From assembly GCA_964035545.1 (NCBI GenBank), contig CAXIUT010000245.1:1-30923 (forward strand): a stretch of 30,923 nucleotides of DNA. The letters are read 5' to 3'. The position numbers and the translations under genes are program-made. The notes under the pieces were generated by a model, which had not been told where the DNA came from, ran no database searches, and saw nothing but the letters and a program-made list of their open reading frames with translations. The first letter of the stretch is position 1, and each line of letters opens with the position of its first letter. This DNA is from Bugula neritina. Its lineage: Eukaryota > Animalia > Bryozoa. Shown in pieces: positions 1 through 8,808 of this stretch.

Positions 1-356
1 TAAAGGTACTTTCTATATTATCCATTTTCAACTAAAATTATCATTTCTACTTTACAATTTTTACATTCTCATCATCAATTCCTCTATTCTTTTCAGATCT
101 CCCGTCGCCTGAAACTAACTAACTTTAGAATTAAGTTGATATTCATTATTTCCTTGATAAGTAGATATAGGATAGACTATTTGAGGTGGAGTATGACTTG
201 GTCTTTCTTGAACTGCTGACTATATCTTCTATAGTTTTTATCCTGACTGATTTATCGATATCCACTTGTACTTCTTTGTCCTACTTGAGGAGCTAAAACA
301 TTTTGAAACAGATGTTGTGAATTTTGGTTTCTTTAAATAAAAGGCTGATTCCTCAT
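1..356 (-). CDS. Hypothetical protein, 5' part (probably runs off window edge); low-complexity N-terminus then coiled-coil-like segment
   Basis: ATG at 356-354 after AT-rich spacer; table-30 translation MRNQPFIERNQNSQHLFQNVLAPQVGQRSTSGYRE... and later ...GDLKRIEELMMRMEKLESR; frame changes needed to join the parts. Confidence 0.4.
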
Positions 357-452
357 TTTTGAATATTTAACGATTTATTGAATTAATTATTAAAGAAAAA
401 AGCATTTTTTTTAACATAGATAATATTCAGAAGACTCTTTTAAATGAAATTA

Positions 453-1494
453 TCAAAAATCATTAGGATCATTATCAGATTTTCCATAGACTTTTTTATA
501 CTGCATGAAAAAGAAAATTAATGTTACAACAAATAAAGCCATAATTATAAACTTCATATTCTATGTAACAGGCATTCCATCATTATTTCCATGCGGTGGA
601 ATTTCATTCCATCTCTCGTTCTCTGCACGTTGATTCATTTCTATCTTAATCAAATATCTAAATATAATAATCAATATAGTCATGATAAGTAAATGCAATG
701 ATATCAATAAAAGAAGACCTTTTTCTTACCTATTCTGTCTTGACAACTACCGAGATCAAATTGCTATTATGTACATGTTGATTTTTTAAGAGTATTTATT
801 GATTATTCTCTTAGCAATAAATTTTATGAAGAACTTTGATATGAATTAAAATATGACTGACTCTTGAAGTCTTTTTTGCACTTTCCCTTTTCTTTATACT
901 TTAAGCGATCTTCTTACCCAAATCAATTGTCTATGTAGTTAATGCCTATATTTTTCTATTTTAGTTTTATTCTTTTTTCTGTTGTTTCTATATAATGTTC
1001 AGTAAATATTTCAAGTAGCTGTTTATATTTCTTATCTTAAGGTAAAAATCGAAGTTTATTCAATTTTTTATCTAATTATTATGAATTTTAGCAAGTTAGA
1101 TCATTTAGCTGTTTATTTTATATTTATAATTATTGATTGAGATGTCCAGATAGTTTAATTTAAAAAAGAGTCCCAAAATTTTAGATAAGTTTGACTACCT
1201 AATCAAGAAAACCAACTATATAATTTTTAGAACTTTCTTATATTTTATGTTAAGTAAATGATCCATATATTTTAGATTTACTATTTGTTTTAGGCGTAAC
1301 AGGTAGATGGACTCTTTGTTTTTTATTGATTTATTCTAATTTTTTTCTAAGAAATCCATTTTAACGTTTAGTTGCTCAATTTCCATAACATAACACTTAT
1401 CTTCATCAATATCACTCTACTAAGAACAACTATTATCACATCTCACCACAAATGACTATAAATCATGCTCGCTCAAAGAACATTTCACATCCAT
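453..1494 (-). CDS. Hypothetical protein, acidic/coiled-coil N-terminus with two C-terminal hydrophobic segments (may be two genes)
   Basis: MDVKCSLSEHDLESFVVRCDNSCSEESDIDEDK...; C-terminal frame GLLLLISLHLLIMTILIIIFRY...MKFIIMALFVVTLIFFFMQYKKVYGKSDNDPNDF-TGA(453-455); several frame breaks, some at homopolymers. Confidence 0.4.
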
Positions 1495-1580
1495 TGTATC
1501 AGCTTATTCGTTTTTTTATCATATTTTTTCGTTATAGTATATAATCGATTAGATTGCTAACTATTTTTTATAGAATATTT

Positions 1581-1675
1581 ATTAAAAATGATAAGGTAAG
1601 ATAATAAAATGATAAGAAAAAATATTAAAAATGATAATCAAAGATATTAAAATGATAAGGTAAGATATTAAAAAT
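1581..1675. repeat. Short degenerate tandem repeat, about 4.5 copies of a 21-22 nt unit ATTAAAA(A)TGATAAGGTAAGAT
   Basis: Copies start at about 1581, 1603, 1624, 1646 and 1667 (partial). Confidence 0.7.
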
Positions 1676-3042
1676 CAGGAAAAGAGGTTGTTGAATCAGA
1701 TTAGCCTCTTTGAAACATTTTTAGAAGTTTTTTATCCAAAATTATGATAATATTATCTTCTCATTCTAATCAGTTAGTTTTAATAACTTCATAAAAGAAT
1801 CTATATATTTTGACTATAGTTTTTCCTTAGCAATAATGATGATTGTATCATTATTATAGTGTTTTTCTTCATTGAGAATAGACTAAATTTGAATAACTGT
1901 TTCAGCTAGATCATTTCTTTCACTTAGATATTTACCTCCTAACTTTTTATGCTATCTTTATATCATTTTGTAGCATTTCAAGAAGATATAGGAAGTTAGT
2001 TCTGGACAGGTGTTTTGATTGATAAATTTATCAGTTATTTTTAGAAGTTCAAGTAGATATTTATGGAGTTATTATGTTTGAAGTTCATCATTAGATTTAG
2101 TTTTTTTTCTTGAAAATAAGAGCCTAATCAAAAGGTTTTTTATCTTTATCTGAAGAAGGAACAACATCACTTTATCTTTTAGGAATTCTATTGTATTAAG
2201 ACAAAGCTCTTTGATGATTAGGTTGAAAACTACCTCCCCTTTCTATTTTAGCTGGTCTAGTAGGATATCTACAAAGCTAATCCCATGAAATTCTTTTAAA
2301 ATGATCCTTTACTAAACATTTTCTTAATAAACTTTCTAAGCTAAATGAAATAGGATTGATTTCTTTATTCATTGTAAGTTCTTGATTTTATAAAATATTG
2401 ATCAATTTAGCTATTGAATTTTATTGATAAGGACAAAATCCAAAAGCCATTTCATAGATAACGACTCCTAGACTCCAGATATCAGCTTTGATGGTATAGA
2501 TTTATCCTTTGAGGACTTAAGGAGCCATATAGATGGGTGATCCTAGCATGGTTTGAGCAAGATCTCTTTGACTTTATAAACTTTTACAAAATCCAAAATC
2601 ACCTATTTTATTTTACCATTATGAAGCAATATATTAGATGGTTTAAGATCTCGATGCATAACATTATTACTATTCATAATTTTGAATGCATCGAATAGTT
2701 GTTATAAATATTAGTTTATTTACTTTATGAAAAATATCCATTCTTTTTGATTTATTGCTCAAGAGTCCCTCCATTACAAAATTCATAAAAGAAATAAAAA
2801 TTATTAATAGTTTTTAGAATTTCTATGAATCTAACTATATATGGTGAGTCTATTTTAGTCAGTACTTAGATTTAGTTAAGTGTGCATTCTTCAAGTTTAG
2901 CATTTTATTTGAATCTTTTTATATTTACGACTTTGACAGCCACTTCTTTGTTGTTTCTACTGTCAATACCTCGATAGACTTTACCGTACTCGCCTTCTCC
3001 TATTTGTTCATGAAGAGTGTAGCTTTATATTATCTTCACCAT
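1638..3042 (-). CDS. Ser/Thr protein kinase, ULK/Atg1-like ciliate family; 3' end uncertain (TGA at 1911-1913 or extension to about 1638)
   Basis: MVKIIESYTLHEQIGEGEYGKVYRG, VAVK, alphaC NEIEVL, YEFCNGGTL, MHRDLKPSNILL, GDFGFCK, MLGSPIYMAPEVLKG, ADIWSLG; two frame breaks inside the domain (about 2605 and about 2700-2720). Confidence 0.9.
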
Positions 3043-3165
3043 TCCGTTAGTATTTATTATTCGAATAATTATATCAGATTAAGCTCATCTTACTAAATTA
3101 AAAAGTTAATTATGATAGATAATTTAATAAATTAACAACAGTTAAGATCATAATAGTGATATTAA

Positions 3166-4503
3166 TCATTTTTTAATCATAATTCCCATAGGAGGAGCTT
3201 TAACATTATATTTATTGAGACTTTTCATAACAGATCCAATTCTAACACATTTCCCAGCAACACATAGTTCTAAAATAGGTCTACAATCTCTATTGGAGGT
3301 GCATCTCTTGCAATCATCAAATTCTTTCTCTTGGAACATTTTCAAACAGTTGCCATTTACACATTCTTAGCTTTATTTACAGACAGAAGGAGCCTCAGAG
3401 CATGCTACCTTATAGAAGAATTTCACCTATGGATCTAAGCAAGGGACACAATCATTGTTGAACTCTTTCTTTTCACCTGAAGAAGTAAAGCCACAAGCTG
3501 GATTTCCTACAACAGCAACACATGAAAAGTTTCTTTTGGTGCAAGCTGTTGGACTTAGATCATTCCTTAAAGTACATAGTGATTTGCGACCTTTTGATTT
3601 TTTTGAAGCGACGTTGCTCTTTTGAAGAACAGTAGTTTCTTGAGAGATACTACTTTATTAAGGTCCTTTGCTCTATTTAGGCTGTTGATTTTTTTGAGAT
3701 TCTTCGCTTGATTGAGGTTATTCATTCTTTTGAGTTTCTTGACTTTGTTGAGTTTCTTCGCTCGATTGAGGTTATTCATTCTTTTGAGGATTCTTTTGAG
3801 GCTCTTGAATCTGTTGAGTTTCTTGACTTTGTTGAGTTTCTTGATTTTTTTGAGATTCTTTGCTCGATTGAGGTTCTTGACTCTATTTAAGTTTTTGACT
3901 TTGTTGAGTTTCTTGACTTTATTGAGTTTCTTGATTTTTTTGAGATTCTTTGCTCGATTGAGGTTCTTGACTCTATTTAAGTTTTTGACTTTGTTGAGTT
4001 TCTTGACTTTGTTGAGATTCTTCACTCTATTTAGATTCTTCATTCTTTTGAGGTTCTTTAATTTGTTGAGGTTCTTCACTCAATTGAGATTTTTGACTCT
4101 CTAAAGATTATTCACTTTATTGAGGTTCTATAATTTGTTGAGGTTCTTGAATTTGTTGAGATTCTTCACTTTATTGAGGTTCTTGAATTTGTTGAGGTTC
4201 TTGAATTTGTTGAGATTCTTCACTTAATTGAGGTTCTTGACTTTATTAAGGAGCAACAGAAGTAACCTATTATATTTAAGCATTATTTTCTGAAGTGATC
4301 TAGTTTTAAGAACCTTCTATTGATTTAGATTGTTTGCTTTAACTTTTTTATGTTAATCCATATTCTTATTCTTTTCCTTGATGTCCTTTGCCTTTAGAAT
4401 GCTTCTTTTTTAGGCCTGCCTAATGTGAGTGATGTTTTTTGTGAGATTCAACCTAAGTGATGATGACAGCAAGCAAGATGAGTAGAATGAGAATTACTTT
4501 CAT
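3166..4503 (-). CDS. Secreted protein (445 aa): signal peptide, His/Lys-rich segment, Gln/Glu/Pro/Ser hexapeptide repeats, C-terminal Kazal-like and small Cys-rich modules
   Basis: Uninterrupted 1338-nt frame in table 30: MKVILILLILLAVIITEVESHKKHHSH...(QEPQQI/QETQQS)n...CTKRNFSCVAVVGNPACGFTSSGEKKEFNNDCVPCLDPEVKFFYKVAC...CTSNRDCRPILELCVAGKC...KK-TGA. Confidence 0.88.
3660..4250 (-). repeat. Coding minisatellite, 18-nt unit (CAA GAA CCT/ACT/TCT CAA CAA AGT-like) with higher-order 90-nt and 54-nt duplications
   Basis: 3841-3920 is repeated at 3931-4010 (period 90 = 5x18); period-54 copies around 4115-4225. Confidence 0.9.
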
Positions 4504-4893
4504 TTAATTTCTATAAATCGAATATATAATTGATAAATAGCATTCGAAATATCGAATCAATAAATATTTTCTATTTTTTTATGATTAAAAGCCCCATATT
4601 ATTTTTATTAGACAATTTACTTTTTGGAGTTTATAGCATGTTTAAATCTTTACTTTTAAATAATAAATTGAAACTGTAAGTACGAAAAATGAATAAAAAA
4701 CCTTTTTGTTGATATTAGCTTCTATACTAGTCTTTTTTAAGTAAAACTAGGTGTATATTAATGTTTTTTGTTGATGTTGTTATTCGTTATATATTTCTTC
4801 GTTTGTTTTTCTATTAAATTCCATTGGTAATAAGCAGAAGACAGGTGATAAATTCCAACAATTCATTCAAAAAAATATAATTATTAAACAGCA

Positions 4894-5172
4894 ATGAACC
4901 AACTTGACAACATCAGCTTCCTTGACCTCGTAAAGAGAGCCTCATCAAAAGAATACAATGCAGAAACTGACTTCCATTCACCAGAACACAATCCCGAAAC
5001 CGATTTCTAAAGCGACCTTATTGAGGGAGAATGGAGGACTAACTTACTCATTGAAGGAGAAGAATAAAGAAAAGCTAAGACCCTTCTGCTATGCAGAATG
5101 ACCAGCTTTGAAGAACAATTCAACAACACATCTTTTTTTAAATCGTTGGAAATGACTTCAAATCCGGAATGA
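4894..5172 (+). CDS. Small acidic hypothetical protein, 92 aa
   Basis: Clean ATG..TGA frame in table 30, GC-richer than flanks: MNQLDNISFLDLVKRASSKEYNAETDFHSPEHNPETDFESDLIEGEWRTNLLIEGEEERKAKTLLLCRMTSFEEQFNNTSFFKSLEMTSNPE. Confidence 0.7.
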
Positions 5173-5407
5173 TAACTTTATTTTATCATCATCAGTTACA
5201 TCATCACTCAATTCTTTTATTAATATGAACTAAACAAGCTTTATTTGTTTAACAATATTTAAAACCACAGAAAATATTTAATCAAATATTCATTTCAACT
5301 GTCATGAAGATCAAAGGACTTAATCTGATCTCTAAGCTAAAAGACAAAAGTCTTTAATATTATTGATAATCCAAAAAACGCTTTATTGTTTCAACTTTAT
5401 TATTAAC

Positions 5408-6240
5408 ATGAAAGTGCTCGCGCTCATATCAGGAGGTAAAGACTCCATCTACAATTTATGTAAATGCATTGACGAAGGTCACCAAGTTGTTGCCCTAGGA
5501 AATCTGTTCAATCCAGGTCAATCAATCAATATTTAGAATCAGGATAAGAAGGAACTTAACTTGATAGCTACATGTATCAAACTGTAGGCACCAATGCCAC
5601 TTTAAGCATTTCTTAGGCCTTGAGTATACCTATATATCGACGACCTATCACTGGTAAGCCAAAAATAAAAAGTCTTTAATATGCAAAAGAAGAAGGAGAT
5701 GAGGTGGAAGACTTATAATTGCTTGTTAAAGATGTTTTGGTACAATTATCATGATAAAGAATCATCATCCATAGATAAATGCTATTTCATCAGGAGCTAT
5801 CTTTTCAACTTACCAAAAATTAAGAGTATAAAACATGTTAATTTTCTATTATTTAGTTGCAATCGCCATGGAATGACCTCGATTGCTTACTTATGGTAAA
5901 GAAATCAATAATAACTTTTAAAATAAATGATAAACTATGGTATGAAGACTATACTTATCAAAGTTGCCAGTTTTGGTCTAAATAAAACCCATCTGGGTCG
6001 AACTCTAGATGAATTATAACCTTTTTTCCACAAATTAAAGAAATAATGCGAGATGAATGTCTGTGGATAGGGAGGATAGTACTAATCTTTGGTTTTGGAT
6101 TGTCCTTATTACAAAAAAAGGATGAATATGTACATTTTGTAAGAATCAGAGTTTAAAAGGAGTTGATATAGGTAGATAAAAGCGAAATATCTCCTGTGGC
6201 ATACTTGAAAATAAAGAGTATATCTCTGATAGATAAATGA
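5408..6240 (+). CDS. DPH6: Diphthine--ammonia ligase (diphthamide synthase), 5 exons
   Basis: After removing four 20-nt introns a continuous frame reads MKVLALISGGKDS...ELDSYMYQTVG...GDEVEDL...SGAIFSTYQKLRVENIC...AYLWERNQ...IKVASFGL...NVCGEGGEYESLVLDCP...PVAYLKI..-TGA. Confidence 0.96.
5517..5536 (+). other. 20-nt spliceosomal intron (DPH6 intron 1)
   Basis: gtcaatcaatcaatatttag; removal joins NP|E to ELDSYMYQ in frame. Confidence 0.92.
5740..5759 (+). other. 20-nt spliceosomal intron (DPH6 intron 2)
   Basis: gtacaattatcatgataaag; removal restores the frame to SGAIFSTYQ. Confidence 0.9.
5837..5856 (+). other. 20-nt spliceosomal intron (DPH6 intron 3)
   Basis: gttaattttctattatttag; removal gives the conserved RVENIC. 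Confidence 0.92.
6130..6149 (+). other. 20-nt spliceosomal intron (DPH6 intron 4)
   Basis: gtacattttgtaagaatcag; removal brings the C-terminal PVAYLKI into frame. Confidence 0.85.
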
Positions 6241-6264
6241 TTTCTGATAATTATTTTTTATCAA

Positions 6265-7354
6265 ATGTTTATTTCATAATCACCTCACAACCTAGCCTCA
6301 TCGGAAGCCAAATCAATTTCAGCCCACGATCTCTCAGGCAGAAAATAAAGTCATCACCATTCACTACCCCATATAACTCAGCCTATCCTCACCAAGTATC
6401 GAATGCAAAGACCTTTCAATTAATTAGTCGTTGAAGAGAGTACTTCTATTTGGTGTACTATCTTTAAACAGCAAGATGTTTCATTGAGTTTATGTAAATG
6501 CGAGAAAGTTGAGAATGGATTATGCTAGATGGTGGTTAAATGGGTCAGTTAATTGTACGATTGGAAAAAGGATCATAAATTTGTGAAGGCTTATAGCAGT
6601 TATTCAAGAAAGAACGTTGAGATTTTTCTTGTAGATAGTGATCTTAAGAACAGGATTCATAAAAAGCTATAAATCCTTGGTTTAAGGTTGGGCTAAAAAT
6701 GTACAAAATAAGCAATATAGATGAATAGCTTTTATTTAAAATATGTAAAAACTATCTAAAACACACAATATACTATGGAAAATCATCTCTTCTAACCCGT
6801 TAAAACGATATCTGGATATGGTTCGTCATAGGTATCTTCTATCATGTCGGCTATTCCGAATAAAAACAAACCTACCAGTAGCAATTCATATTCTGGAGTC
6901 TTGATATAATTATGAATCACATGGGCAACCTCACAAGATCTGTCTTTCAATATCACATAGGCAAAATAATATAATATATTCGGTAGTATTTTCCTAAATG
7001 GTATAATAAAATAGTATATATTATGATATTTAGGTTAATAATCATCACATCGATCTTTAGCCGATTATTTACTAATGGACCAATGAGTTGATGATGGGAT
7101 ATATGGGAATATAATCTATTGGCTTTTTTATAGATTGTTTGCTTAAAAAAGGATGGGTCTATGTTTATAAAGTATAGCTGAGTTATTTTTAAAAAAGAGT
7201 TTAAAAAATGGAACATGATTAACTTCTATAATCTGTCCATGATAAAGAAGTGATTATGAAGGAATTGATGAATTGTAAATAAGAATGGCCACTTATTTTC
7301 TGTAATGCTAATACATTTAATTTTTAGAATCAAGAAGCTGTATCGAACAGTTGA
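6265..7354 (+). CDS. Divergent TBC (Rab-GAP)-domain-like protein
   Basis: ...EQFIFWSLDIIMNH...EYFPKWYNKI|VNNHHIDLEPIIYEWTNELMMGYMGIESIGFFIDCLLKKGWVYVYKVELSYF resembles the TBC C-terminal subdomain pattern; intron 7014-7033 required, candidate intron 6701-6720. Confidence 0.6.
6701..6720 (+). other. Candidate 20-nt intron
   Basis: gtacaaaataagcaatatag fits size and the -6 A, but the frame is also open without splicing. Confidence 0.5.
7014..7033 (+). other. 20-nt spliceosomal intron
   Basis: gtatatattatgatatttag; removal avoids a premature TGA and joins TBC-like segments. Confidence 0.85.
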
Positions 7355-7428
7355 TACTTATTCTTTATTCATATTCTATTTAATGATTTTTAGATAAACT
7401 ATTAATTTTTACTAATAAAGTATTTATA

Positions 7429-8725
7429 ATGGCGCATAACCTTTTCCAAACTCCATCCAAATAAACTAACCATCAATCAATCGTCCTCTAAACTACCCAT
7501 CGCACTCCATAATAGTATTTTAGATAGCCTTAACCTAAAGTTGACTATAAATCTAAAACATTCAAATTGATGAAGGAACTTGCCTAATCATAAGTAAATT
7601 CTTTTTTGTTCTAGATCAATAATAAAAAACTTTATACGCAAATCAGGTATCTTGAGAAGCAACTTGAAGGATTGGCTCGAGAAAGAAATCATATTTTTGG
7701 ATATTTTCAAGTTGGATCGGTTTAGGAGTTGATCAAAAGAGTTGAAAGTGGTCAAAGTACTCAAGTTAATCCGATGAAACTTGAAGAATGGACTAATATT
7801 ATAGAAGACTATAAGAGTATTATTAATAGCCAGCAAAGCAAATATCTCAAAGTATAGCAACAATTGAAATTATCTGAAGTCAAGTACATATCTATAATAC
7901 CTAGAATGAAACGGTACTAACAATAAAAAATAAACAAATCGATCAATGAATAAACATAATCCTTGAAAATGGCATAATAAAAAGCAAAAAATCTAAATTA
8001 GAAGATCCAAGAAAAAGACCAATAGATAAAATCATTAAGCTAGGAGTTATAAATAATAAAACAGTAGTTCAAAGAGGTGATAGTTGATGTAATATTGATT
8101 TAACTTAGAGATAAAAATGGAAAGATAAGTATATATAGATATAGAATAAGTATAATTTGGAAATATAGCATTTTTAATCTATGGAAAAACATGTGGAAGA
8201 AAGATTGCTTTAAGTTTAGCATTAGATGACTTTTTATAAAGAGTAAAGGGAATCGCATTTGTAAAAGATTAGTCTTTTGAAAAAATAAATATAGCTACAT
8301 TAAAATAGACCTTATTTTTCATTTGGAGGAGTTAAACATATCGAATGCCAAACATAGCTATAAGATTAGAAGTCACTATTGAACTATTAATGTCTTGAAA
8401 TAAGTATTAAAACACTTTTGGAGGAAAATGCCAAACTAAAAGACACCCTTTTAATGCTTTACACAAAAAAACCATAGGATTAGTTGATAAAATAAATATA
8501 AGTTGAATTACAGATCCTTCTAAATATGCACAATTCCAATAAAAATAATTAAAAATCTAAAGAAAACGAAGAAGAATCTATTTTGTAAAGCAAGAGACCT
8601 ATCAAATGGTCTGAAAGCGTGATAGATGGTGAGATCGAGGAGTTAAAAGAAGAAAGCTAAGGTAGATAATAATACATATAGATCTGAATACTGAACAGAC
8701 ATAGACCAAAGAGGTATAGCCTTGA
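7429..8725 (+). CDS. Coiled-coil hypothetical protein
   Basis: MAHNLFQTPSKETNHQ...KKLYTQIRYLEKQLEGLARER...KIQEKDQEIKSLSEELEIIKQEFKEVIVD|REKWKDKYIEIENKYNLEIEHFESMEKHVEERLLEVEHEM...; intron 8089-8108 required; last exon depends on candidate intron 8662-8681. Confidence 0.75.
8089..8108 (+). other. 20-nt spliceosomal intron
   Basis: gtaatattgatttaacttag; removal continues the Glu/Lys-rich coiled-coil frame. Confidence 0.82.
8662..8681 (+). other. Candidate 20-nt intron near the 3' end
   Basis: gtagataataatacatatag fits size and the -6 A; unspliced form would simply stop slightly earlier. Confidence 0.6.
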
Positions 8726-8808
8726 TATTAATGACCTATTTTTGTTCTATTCAATTATATATCTAATCATATTAATATAGTGTTATGATAAGATTTAATA
8801 TTTGATAA

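Noticed and set aside
1681-1695. AAAGAGGTTGTTGAA resembling the Tetrahymena Cbs (AAAGAGGTTGGTTTA)
   Set aside because: Three mismatches, lies in probable coding sequence, no telomere nearby
3567-4104. ORF-track proteins MKNLNKLKNLKR..., MRLFILLSFL... and MIEVIHSF...
   Set aside because: Off-frame or antisense readings of the 18-nt repeat; the real frame is the 445-aa secreted protein that contains TAA/TAG sense codons
3660-4250. CRISPR-like array or mobile element
   Set aside because: Contiguous in-frame coding repeats without unique spacers; eukaryotic context; no transposase, RT or terminal repeats recognised anywhere in the window
2517-6085. UAR=Gln (table 6) or split code with TAA=Lys and TAG=Glu
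   Set aside because: TAA sits at invariant Glu positions (APE, alphaC, GEYE), and TAG does too
7594-7614. 21-nt GT..AG segment as an intron
   Set aside because: In frame without splicing and lacks the -6 A found in all supported introns
6953-7863. Minus-strand ORFs 6953-7216 and 7588-7863
   Set aside because: Antisense shadows (F/L/I-rich) of plus-strand TBC-like and coiled-coil genes
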